A program made the translations under genes and the position numbers. This document shows positions 55,596 through 64,000 of a stretch of DNA of 64,000 bases, one piece after another. Origin of the DNA: Longimicrobiales bacterium. Lineage in GTDB: Bacteria > Gemmatimonadota > Gemmatimonadetes > Longimicrobiales > Gaopeijiaceae. Position 1 is the stretch's first letter. The number at the start of each line of letters is the position of its first letter. A model generated the notes under the pieces. It was not told the origin of the DNA. It was given only the letters and a program-made list of their open reading frames with translations, and ran no database searches. The stretch spans positions 1,131-65,130 of the forward strand of contig JBJKYO010000055.1 in NCBI GenBank assembly GCA_045561015.1. The letters are read 5' to 3'.

Positions 55596-57095
55596 CTATT
55601 CCGCGGGTAATTTAGAAGTGATTTTGTTGATGTCGACACCTTTTTTTTCTAAATGATTGACTTCAAAAAGATAAATCAGGCTTGCTAAGCCCATCACTAA
55701 AAGCCAAACAAACGTCGAATGAAAATACCAAGCAGCTAATTCACTGGTCAGATCTTTCCAGACATGTACACTTAGGAAAATGACTAGCAATACCATACCG
55801 ATTAAGGCGGTAGCTTTGCGCACCTTCCAGGAACTCAAAATAATGACCTTATCAGCAATATCTCTATTTCTCATTGGCAGTACCCACACTGCCAAGCACA
55901 TAAACATAAAATTGACGAGCATTGAAGTCACAAGGATATCAATACCCAAAAAGAAGTCGCTAGCCAAATGACTACCTACTATTCCAACTGAAGCCATGCA
56001 ACCACTGAGCACTATAGCCGTTCGAGGAGTTCTAGATCTTTCGTCTATTTTTGCTATCCCAGATGGCACAATACCATCCTTAGCCCACGAAAACATGAGC
56101 CGAGAAACCGACAGTAGCATTGCTGGCAAATCATTTAATAGGGCAATGGCAGCCCCCAAGATAATTGCAACAGTCAAACTATCAGGAAGTAGATACGCTA
56201 GAAGCCCAGGGGCTGTAAGGTCTTGCGATTGAGCTTTTTCTGCGATGTAATACCAAGGAACAGCATGATAAATAGCAGCCGTAAAAAGCATGTCAAAAAT
56301 ACCTACGATTAGAACAGCTAGGCCAATCGCTAATGGTAAATTTTTAGCTGGATTGCGTGCTTCTCCTCCTGCCTGAGCGATAGAGTCAAAACCTATAAAG
56401 CTCGTGAAAAGTATGGCTGAAGCAGCTAAATAATCTGAAGCTCGCAAGGGAGAGGCTACGGGATCAACCATGACTTCTCCCGTCGCCTTGAGAACCGCCG
56501 AAGCAAAATCTTCCTGACTGAACAAAAATCCTGATACTATCACCACACTGCCCAAGACGAACATGATCAACATGAGTGGAACTAAGGTTTTTTCATAAAT
56601 CCGCACTCCCTTGAGGCTTAAAGCAACAAAAAGCCACAAGATTCCTAGCGAAAGAAGAAGTCTGATAGGTCCAGAATCAATGGCTCCAGCTGTTTGTGCC
56701 CATCCCAAGACTAAGAATACGTCCCTGAAAAAAGGAACTATTAGATACGATATCACCCCTATTGCGATGGATAACCCAAACCATTGTGAGAAGCTGGCAA
56801 CAAAACCCAGGTATGGATTCAAAGCCCGACTTGCGTAGACGTAGCTGCCTCCTGCCCTTGGCATAGATGAACTGAGAATGGCATAAGCGAGCGCCGCAAA
56901 GCCAGCGGGAACAATCGAAAACAAATAGGCCTCTACTACTGAAGGTCCAATCCCCGGTACACTACGTTGGATCATTATGGGCACAACATTTATAGATGCC
57001 CCCATCATAGAACACACACCCGTTGCCACCAATCCAGTCAAGCCTATCTCTCGAAGTAAACTTGGCTTTTTGTCAAAACCAGTCATTTGAGTCAT
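55596..57095 (-). CDS. APC-superfamily amino acid/polyamine permease
   Basis: 499 aa with about 12 TM segments. N-terminal motif: GLVATGVCSMMGASINVVP..AGGSYVYASRA. Its stop is 3 nt before the AKR-RidA start. Confidence 0.8.
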   Translation of the reverse strand: MTQMTGFDKKPSLLREIGLTGLVATGVCSMMGASINVVPIMIQRSVPGIGPSVVEAYLFSIVPAGFAALAYAILSSSMPRAGGSYVYASRALNPYLGFVASFSQWFGLSIAIGVISYLIVPFFRDVFLVLGWAQTAGAIDSGPIRLLLSLGILWLFVALSLKGVRIYEKTLVPLMLIMFVLGSVVIVSGFLFSQEDFASAVLKATGEVMVDPVASPLRASDYLAASAILFTSFIGFDSIAQAGGEARNPAKNLPLAIGLAVLIVGIFDMLFTAAIYHAVPWYYIAEKAQSQDLTAPGLLAYLLPDSLTVAIILGAAIALLNDLPAMLLSVSRLMFSWAKDGIVPSGIAKIDERSRTPRTAIVLSGCMASVGIVGSHLASDFFLGIDILVTSMLVNFMFMCLAVWVLPMRNRDIADKVIILSSWKVRKATALIGMVLLVIFLSVHVWKDLTSELAAWYFHSTFVWLLVMGLASLIYLFEVNHLEKKGVDINKITSKLPAE

Positions 57096-57358
57096 CTCGA
57101 TTCCTCTTTCAGAAATCAGTTAATTTCATACGGTCAAAGCCGTTACAAATCCCTTAAAGGTACATTGCTGAACACCGCAAATGTTAGGTCGAACGTCCAC
57201 AATTGATAGTGCGAACCATCTTCGTTCCACAAGAGCCATTAGGCTACCCCTTGTGGATCTTCTCTTTCAACCCAATTTTTTCTGTCCACCTTAAAGACTG
57301 TGACGGTGGAACCAAAAGAATTAAAGCCTTAAAAAATGCACTTAAAAAGGAAACTAAT

Positions 57359-59986
57359 ATGATCAAGTGTCGACGAGAGGTGCCAATTGTTGGAGGGACA
57401 CTCCTTAAAACCCTAACTGTTTTTGCCTGCTTGTCCCTATCGTTCACATCATCTCAAGCTCTGGCTCAAAACCAAAACCAAGATTGGGACGCTCAGCAGA
57501 CACTTGACGACAAATCGTTTGTCCATCCACCCAATGACATATCTGAAGCTGTTTTGGCCCCACGATATCTCAACATGACATTATCGAATATAAGTGCAAA
57601 TAAACGTTGGTTTCTTCATGAAATCAGTGACGGACCAGTGACGATGGACCGATTCTCCAAGGATTTTGACGAGCTAGGGGGGCAGTTTTTTGACTATTCT
57701 GCAAATCGGCATCGTAACCTCACTATCCGTTCCAACGTAGGCATTGATGTCATTTCTGCTTCTGACGGGTCAAGAAATTCAATACAAACGCCCAACGGTT
57801 CTAGAATTTCTAACGCGAAATTTTCACCCGATGGCTCCACTCTGGCCTTCTTTGTCCACACAGGCGGCGATACTCACATCTACACCGGAAATCCTGCGAC
57901 TGGAACAGTAAGAAAGATTACAAATAACGCGGTCCTGGGGAATTTCGTAACTGATTTCGAGTGGACTGGTGATGGTAAAGAAATAGCCACCGTGGTAATT
58001 CCAAGTGGACGTTCTGCCAGACCTGTACCGAGTACAATTCCTACTGGCCCCCAGGTGAAACACACTGAGGACGGTGAAAATATGCTTCGCACCTATGCAA
58101 GCCTTATGGCAACTCCTCACGACGAAGAATTGCTAGAATGGCATGCCACGGGTCAGCTAGTCACCATAAATGTGGAAACTGGCAACACCGAGAATATTGG
58201 CTCGCCCGCAATGATCTATGGATTTGACTTTGCTCCGAATGGTCAGTACTCCAGAGTAGAGCTATTAGAAAAACCTTTCAGCTACATAATACCTGTTAAC
58301 AATTTCGGTCGCGTTGAGCAAATCTGGAGTCGAAATGGAAATATGTTGGCCGACTTAGAAAAAACCGAAATGAACACAGGTCTGGGTGACAGAAGACCCT
58401 CAGCGCCTGGAGTGGCGGGTAGCGGAGACGCGCTACAGAAAAGACAAATCCGATGGAAAGAGGACTCCAGTGGCTTAACCTATGTACAAGCCGAAAGCCC
58501 TACCGATGAAAAGGAAGAAGATAGTGACCGAGTAATGGTATGGGCTCCCCCCTTCGAAGATTCGAACATATCGGTTCTTTACGAAACTGATTCTTCCCTG
58601 TCCAGCCATGGCTTTTCTAATGACTACGAAATTCTATTTGTGACTGAAACTTCTGGATCTGAAAATGAGCAAGGCCAGATAACACATCGAGCAATTGACC
58701 TGAGTGACCCGGGACAAACTTTCGTCCTAGCGCAGTACGACTCAGACGATTTTTACTCCAATCCAGGTTCACTATTGATGGACGGAGGACAAGTACCAGT
58801 CGTTAACCGGCGACGCGGATCCTCAGCAGGAGGCACTGGCGTAGTAGAAACATCTATGGATGGACAGAACGTCTTCTTCTACGGTCACGAATACAATGCT
58901 GATCCAATGCAGGAGGGACCAAAAAATTTCCTTGATAAGGTGGCAATTAGGACAGGAGAGAAAGAAAGGATTTACGAAAGTAATAATCAGGAATCATATG
59001 AACGAATCATTTCGGTGATCGACATAGACGATGAAGAGTTTGTGGTTTCAAGAGAAACACCTACTGAAACGCCTCAATCCCATCTCTTAGCAGATGGCAG
59101 ACGCACGCAACTGACAGAGAACGTCGATTACACTCCCGATTTGACCCATGCCCCTAAACGAAGATTTGTGGTAGAACGTCCAGATGGATTCAAGTTCATG
59201 GTCAATGTGCTTCTCCCTTCGAATTACAACCCAGGCACAAGGCTGCCTGCCATGTTCTGGTTCTATCCAAGAGAATATGAAGACCAAGAAAGTTATGACG
59301 AAGCCGGCAGGACCTACAACAAAAATGCCTTTCCAAATTTCGGCACCCGATCCATTCAGTATATGACAAGAATGGGCTACGCTGTGGTTGAGCCCGATGC
59401 TCCTATCGTCGGTAAACCTGGCCAAATGAACAACAATTACGAACATGACCTCCGAAACAACTTGGCTGCTGTAATCGACGAACTTGATGAAAGAGAAATT
59501 ATTGATCGAAAACGACTGGGGTTGGGAGGTCACTCCTACGGTGCCTTCGGAACTGTAAACGCCATGGTACACACCCCATTTTTTAAAGCAGGAATCGCTG
59601 GAGATGGGAATTACAATAGGACTTTTACTCCACTTTCATTCCAGAGTGAAAGACGAATATTTTGGGATGCCAAAGAAGTTTATTTGGGCATGTCTCCATT
59701 TGTGTACGCTAACAATCTGACTGGTGCCTTACTCATGTATCATGGAATGCATGACCAAAACGTCGGCACCGCACCGGACCATTCGCCAAGACTTTTCCAT
59801 GCATTAAATGGACTGGGCAAGAAGGCCGCTATGTACTTGTATCCTTTCGAAGACCACGGACCAGCAACCAAAGAGACACTCCTTGATTTGTGGGGTCGTT
59901 GGGCCGCATGGCTGGATGTACATCTCAAAGGAACCGAAGAAGAGGAAAGAAGGATAACTAGCGATGAGCATCAATGGAGAGACTAA
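57359..59986 (+). CDS. S9-family serine peptidase (prolyl oligopeptidase / dipeptidyl peptidase type), exported
   Basis: The ORF track starts at 57203. ATG 57359 follows AAAAGG and yields MIKCRREVPIVGGTLLKTLTVFACLSLSFTSSQALAQ (signal). Nucleophile motif GLGGHSYGAF. Asp and His regions: YHGMHDQNV and FEDHGP. N-terminal beta-propeller-like half. Confidence 0.85.
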   Translation: MIKCRREVPIVGGTLLKTLTVFACLSLSFTSSQALAQNQNQDWDAQQTLDDKSFVHPPNDISEAVLAPRYLNMTLSNISANKRWFLHEISDGPVTMDRFSKDFDELGGQFFDYSANRHRNLTIRSNVGIDVISASDGSRNSIQTPNGSRISNAKFSPDGSTLAFFVHTGGDTHIYTGNPATGTVRKITNNAVLGNFVTDFEWTGDGKEIATVVIPSGRSARPVPSTIPTGPQVKHTEDGENMLRTYASLMATPHDEELLEWHATGQLVTINVETGNTENIGSPAMIYGFDFAPNGQYSRVELLEKPFSYIIPVNNFGRVEQIWSRNGNMLADLEKTEMNTGLGDRRPSAPGVAGSGDALQKRQIRWKEDSSGLTYVQAESPTDEKEEDSDRVMVWAPPFEDSNISVLYETDSSLSSHGFSNDYEILFVTETSGSENEQGQITHRAIDLSDPGQTFVLAQYDSDDFYSNPGSLLMDGGQVPVVNRRRGSSAGGTGVVETSMDGQNVFFYGHEYNADPMQEGPKNFLDKVAIRTGEKERIYESNNQESYERIISVIDIDDEEFVVSRETPTETPQSHLLADGRRTQLTENVDYTPDLTHAPKRRFVVERPDGFKFMVNVLLPSNYNPGTRLPAMFWFYPREYEDQESYDEAGRTYNKNAFPNFGTRSIQYMTRMGYAVVEPDAPIVGKPGQMNNNYEHDLRNNLAAVIDELDEREIIDRKRLGLGGHSYGAFGTVNAMVHTPFFKAGIAGDGNYNRTFTPLSFQSERRIFWDAKEVYLGMSPFVYANNLTGALLMYHGMHDQNVGTAPDHSPRLFHALNGLGKKAAMYLYPFEDHGPATKETLLDLWGRWAAWLDVHLKGTEEEERRITSDEHQWRD

Positions 59987-60038
59987 AATTTGACGTCCCC
60001 CTCGACTTCTAGAACTTATTTATGAAAGGATCACATTT

Positions 60039-62858
60039 ATGCTAAACGTCAAGCACCTCAATCAGATTTATTTGTATACTGCCTTTGTATTTCTAAGTAT
60101 CTCCCTAAGCTCAGCAGGAGATGCCCAGGAAACAGTGGTCAATCAGTCGGACAACCCCATTTTGCAATCATTCTCATGGAGGGGTATCGGACCCATAGGA
60201 CAGGGCGGTCGTGTCGATGATTTAGCAGTATCAAAGGAAAATCCTCACGTTTATTTCGTTGGTTTCGCCACTGCAGGCCTTTGGAAGACTAAAAACAACG
60301 GAACTACCTTTAAAGCTGTCTTCGAGACACATCCCACGGCTTCAGTTGGTGCGGTGGCAATTAGCGACGCGGATGCTGATATAGTATGGGTGGGAACTGG
60401 AGAGGCGAACAATAGGCAAAGCTCCTCATTTGGAGCAGGAGTCTACCTTTCTACAGATGCTGGCGAAACATTTAGTCTGGTTGGACTAGAGGAAACTCAA
60501 TCAATAAGTAGGATTTTGACACACCCCACTGACCCCGATGTAGCCTGGGTAGCTGCAAACGGTCATCTATTTGGTGCAAATCCAGAAAGAGGTGTATACA
60601 AGACTGCAGACAGGGGATCATCTTGGGAAAAGGTACTCTACGTTGATGAAAATACTGGTGCTACCGACCTAATAATTGACCCATCGAATCCAGACGTCTT
60701 ATTTGCAGCGACTTACCAACGCCGAAGAACAGCTTGTTGTTTTGTAGGAGGAGGGCCGGGAAGTGGCATTTGGCATTCTTCAGATGGCGGCAAGGAATGG
60801 TCAAAGGTAGAAGGAAATGGACTACCTAACGGAACCATGGGTCGTATTGCTCTAGCCACTAGTCAAGCGAACCCGAACATTATTTATGCACAAATCGAAG
60901 TAGCTCAAGACAAAGAAGAAAGCCTGTCTTCGGAGGAATCCTCTAAATATCAGCAGCTCGCACAAGAAGATGCCCTGCCTCCCGATACAGAATACAATGG
61001 TATTTGGAGATCAACTGACAAAGGGAGCACGTGGGAATTCAGGAGCAATGAAAATGGGAGACCCATGTACTTCAGTCAGATAAGGGTAGATCCTATGGAC
61101 CCTAATTTAGTCTATGTAGTCGACCAGCGAGTCCACAAATCAACAGATGGAGCACAGACTTTCGCAACATTGGAAGGATATGGACATGTTGATCAACATG
61201 CCTTTTGGATCAATCCAGAGAACAGCAACCACATCATGATCGGGAATGACGGTTCGTTGGACGTCAGCTATGACCAAGGGGAAACTTGGGAATCCTTCCG
61301 AAACTGGGAGGTTGGACAACCATATCACGCTTCTATCGATATGCGTCGTCCTTATTACGTCTGCACTGGACTTCAAGATAATGGATCTTGGTGTGGCCCA
61401 AGCTCAGTCCGGGGGGAACAGATACTATCCGAGGACTGGTATCGTGTTGGAGGGGGTGATGGATTCTATACGGCAGTAGACCACACTGATCACCAACAAC
61501 TTTTCAGTGAATCTCAGAATGGCAATATCCGCAGAGTCAATCTAGAAACTGGAGAACAAATCAGTATTCGTCCACAGCCACCCAGAAATGATCAAGATTC
61601 TAATATCAGTCCCGCTCCTTCTCGAGATCTTGAAATAAGGTGGAATTGGAACACCCCGTTCATGCTCTCGCCTCATAATCAAAGAGTTATTTTCGCTGGC
61701 TCAAATAGACTCTTTAAATCTCTGGACCAAGGACGAACCTGGACAATGAGTCCAGACCTGACTAAAAATGTGGATAAAGACGAGATAGAGATAATGGGAC
61801 AGTACAACTCTCTACCACGTTGTAGGCCTTGGATACGAGGAGAAGAGTGTATCCTCTCTCGTAATGATGGTGTCAGTCAATACAGCACTATAGTGTCAAT
61901 TGCAGAATCCACACTGATGCCAGGGGTCCTATGGGTTGGAACCGACGATGGAAACATCCAACTGAGCAGGGACGGAGGTAATACCTGGACGGAAGTGGGA
62001 ACCAACATACCCGGGGGAACCCATAACTACTACGTCTCCAGAGTCGAAGCATCTCATAGTGACCCAGGTAGGGCCTATGCCTCTTTAGATGGGCACCGAA
62101 GTGACGACCTCAGACCCCACATCTACATGACTCATGATTTCGGGGAAAATTGGACATCTATAGGATCGGATTTACCCTCGTATGGGAATGTCCGCACAAT
62201 ACGGGAAGACCCACGAAACCCCGATCTCTTATACGCAGGTACCGAATTTGGATTTTACATCTCCCTAAATAGCGGAGACAACTGGCACAAATTCATGAAC
62301 AATTTAGGTACTACACGCATAGATGATGTTATCGTGCATCCAAGGGACAATGATCTCGTACTCGCAACGCATGGACGTAGTGTACAAATCATGGACGATA
62401 TTACGCCTTTGCAAGGTTTAAACGCTCACATTCTTGAAACGGATGTACATCTTTTTGAACCTCGAGAAGCAGTACTTTGGAAACAAGATCGAAGATTTTC
62501 AAGATCTGTTACTGGAGCCAAGATTTGGCAAGGAAAAAATGCTCCTCAAGGCACGATGATTAGTTATTACTTGAAAAATGGAACAAATGACACTGCAACC
62601 ATTACGGTAACAAACCTGAGTACCGGAGAGACTTTCAGAGAGCTGGAAGGATCGACAAATAAGGGACTGAACAGAATTGCGTGGGATCTCAGAGGCACTG
62701 CCCCACCGATCGAAGAAAGTGTCAACAGAGGCTTCTTCGGCCGAAATCAGGCTCCAACAGCAGAACCGGGGACCTACAGGGTTACACTCGAAGTAAATGG
62801 CGAAAGCCTTTCACAGTTAGTAGATGTGCTCGAAGATGTGTGGATGGATGAGAGATAA
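60039..62858 (+). CDS. VPS10/sortilin-like multi-Asp-box (BNR) beta-propeller protein, exported
   Basis: 939 aa with a signal. About ten S-x-D-x-G-x-(T/S)-(W/F) boxes: STDAGETF, TADRGSSW, SSDGGKEW, STDKGSTW, STDGAQTF, SYDQGETW, SLDQGRTW, SRDGGNTW, THDFGENW, SLNSGDNW. Confidence 0.75.
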   Translation: MLNVKHLNQIYLYTAFVFLSISLSSAGDAQETVVNQSDNPILQSFSWRGIGPIGQGGRVDDLAVSKENPHVYFVGFATAGLWKTKNNGTTFKAVFETHPTASVGAVAISDADADIVWVGTGEANNRQSSSFGAGVYLSTDAGETFSLVGLEETQSISRILTHPTDPDVAWVAANGHLFGANPERGVYKTADRGSSWEKVLYVDENTGATDLIIDPSNPDVLFAATYQRRRTACCFVGGGPGSGIWHSSDGGKEWSKVEGNGLPNGTMGRIALATSQANPNIIYAQIEVAQDKEESLSSEESSKYQQLAQEDALPPDTEYNGIWRSTDKGSTWEFRSNENGRPMYFSQIRVDPMDPNLVYVVDQRVHKSTDGAQTFATLEGYGHVDQHAFWINPENSNHIMIGNDGSLDVSYDQGETWESFRNWEVGQPYHASIDMRRPYYVCTGLQDNGSWCGPSSVRGEQILSEDWYRVGGGDGFYTAVDHTDHQQLFSESQNGNIRRVNLETGEQISIRPQPPRNDQDSNISPAPSRDLEIRWNWNTPFMLSPHNQRVIFAGSNRLFKSLDQGRTWTMSPDLTKNVDKDEIEIMGQYNSLPRCRPWIRGEECILSRNDGVSQYSTIVSIAESTLMPGVLWVGTDDGNIQLSRDGGNTWTEVGTNIPGGTHNYYVSRVEASHSDPGRAYASLDGHRSDDLRPHIYMTHDFGENWTSIGSDLPSYGNVRTIREDPRNPDLLYAGTEFGFYISLNSGDNWHKFMNNLGTTRIDDVIVHPRDNDLVLATHGRSVQIMDDITPLQGLNAHILETDVHLFEPREAVLWKQDRRFSRSVTGAKIWQGKNAPQGTMISYYLKNGTNDTATITVTNLSTGETFRELEGSTNKGLNRIAWDLRGTAPPIEESVNRGFFGRNQAPTAEPGTYRVTLEVNGESLSQLVDVLEDVWMDER

Positions 62859-62859
62859 A

Positions 62860-64000
62860 ATGATCCAAGCAAACAAATTGACACTATTTCGAAAACCTTG
62901 GCCAGTCATTTTGTCACTGGTAATCAGTTTGTCCTGTGACCAAGTGCCAAGTCCTATCAACGTCGTCGATATAAATATTGCCCAGATTCAGGAGAATATC
63001 CTTTCAGGACAAACAACCTGCAGAATGATTGTTCAGAGTTACCTGGATCGCATCGAAGCTTACGATAAATCAACTATCAATGCGATCACTGTCACTAACC
63101 CAACAGCTCTTGATAAGGCAGATGCGATTGATCTCCTGGTACAACAAGGTGAACAGTTAGGCCCGTTATTCTGTGCTCCATTACTGATCAAGGATAATTT
63201 TGATACAGAAGACCTACCCACTACAGCGGGTTCTATTGCTTTGCTGAATAGCTATCCTCCTGATGATGCATTTATGGTGCAGAAAATCCGTGAAGCAGAC
63301 GGAATTGTCCTTGCCAAAACCAACATGGCAGAATGGGCTTTCAGTGCCAGACAAACTGTGAGTTCATCTTATGACACTACAGCAAACGCTTATGCACTGG
63401 ACAGGGTTCCGGCAGGATCCAGTGGCGGGACTGCTTCTGGAGTGGCAGCCAGCTTAGGCGTAGCTGGCCTGGGAAGTGATACTGGAAATTCTATTCGAGG
63501 ACCATCATCTCACCTTGCTCTAGTAGGCATCCGCTCGACAATTGGACTTACAAGCCGAGACGGTGTCGTCCCCCTCTCTTTCGATCGAGATATCGCTGGA
63601 CCAATGGCTACCTCTGTCGAAGATGCTGCAAGAATCTTTAATGTTGTTGCAGGATATGATCCAGCTGATCCCTATACTGAGGCTGGGAGAGGACGTAAAG
63701 AATCAGACTACACAAATTTTCTTAAAACAGACGGACTGGAAGGAGCTCGGATAGCAATAATACCTAATATGGTCTATACCGAAGATGCTGATACTGCTGT
63801 GGTCAGCTTGTTCGAACAAGCTGTCTCCGACCTGGAAACATTGGGAGCACAAATCTTAGACTCGTTAGATTTCGACTTACAAAAACAGTTGGACCGTGAA
63901 AATATGTCTTGTCGCCGTTTTCGCTATGACATGTATCAATATCTATCCTCACTGGGTGACGCCGCCCCAATAAAAGACGTCTTAGAGGTTTTAGAAAGTG
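62860..64000 (+). CDS. amidase-signature (AS) family amidase, lipoprotein; 3' end runs off the window
   Basis: Missing from the ORF track because it has no in-window stop. ATG 62860 lies 1 nt after the upstream stop. My manual translation gives MIQANKLTLFRKPWPVILSLVISLSC (lipobox), then PAGSSGGTASGVAASLGVAGLGSDTGNSIRGPSS (AS Gly/Ser-rich signature). The frame stays open to 64000. Confidence 0.85.
   Translation, partial: MIQANKLTLFRKPWPVILSLVISLSCDQVPSPINVVDINIAQIQENILSGQTTCRMIVQSYLDRIEAYDKSTINAITVTNPTALDKADAIDLLVQQGEQLGPLFCAPLLIKDNFDTEDLPTTAGSIALLNSYPPDDAFMVQKIREADGIVLAKTNMAEWAFSARQTVSSSYDTTANAYALDRVPAGSSGGTASGVAASLGVAGLGSDTGNSIRGPSSHLALVGIRSTIGLTSRDGVVPLSFDRDIAGPMATSVEDAARIFNVVAGYDPADPYTEAGRGRKESDYTNFLKTDGLEGARIAIIPNMVYTEDADTAVVSLFEQAVSDLETLGAQILDSLDFDLQKQLDRENMSCRRFRYDMYQYLSSLGDAAPIKDVLEVLES

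Noticed and set aside
57203-57358. 52-codon N-terminal extension of the S9 peptidase ORF
   Set aside because: A signal peptide begins right after the internal ATG at 57359, which has an upstream purine-rich SD-like sequence. The extension has no signal-like features.
1-64000. Window-wide search for rRNA genes, tRNA genes, prophage genes or defence-system genes
   Set aside because: None is recognisable by eye. All long ORFs are accounted for by metabolic, transport or exported proteins.

Overview
This 64-kb window looks like ordinary chromosomal DNA from a Gram-negative bacterium, probably marine or environmental. GGAG-type Shine-Dalgarno sequences sit upstream of several genes whose start regions I examined. 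I found no rRNA, tRNA, CRISPR array, transposase, integrase or phage gene. I call about 45 protein genes. Two are truncated at the window edges and are therefore missing from the ORF track. Most products carry Sec, lipoprotein or twin-arginine signals. Four themes stand out. (1) Exported peptide and amide hydrolysis is very dense: a zincin metalloprotease, two M20 peptidases, three COG1228-type amidohydrolases, an S9 peptidase and an amidase. These sit with a POT di/tripeptide permease, an APC permease and two DUF5916-like putative outer-membrane proteins. (2) Two sulfite-oxidase-family molybdoenzyme pairs are present, MsrPQ and a SorAB-like pair. (3) An oxalate module (oxc, frc) is followed by a formyltransferase that resembles the N-terminal domain of 10-formyl-THF dehydrogenase. 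(4) The most unusual element is a pair of tandem, diverged copies of a three-gene cassette. Each cassette encodes a Sec-exported protein with two CxxCH motifs (PSCyt/PSD 'DUF1592' family), a TAT-exported DUF1552 protein with an HXXSHH motif, and a secreted ankyrin-repeat protein. An AtoE-like carboxylate transporter lies between the copies. The paralogues are only moderately similar overall. However, the first 650 bp of each cassette (177 bp of upstream DNA plus about 158 codons) differ at only 2 positions. That points to recent gene conversion or an assembly artefact. Phylum cannot be decided from this window. The gene content fits Gemmatimonadota-, Planctomycetota-, Acidobacteriota- or Marinimicrobia-like lineages.
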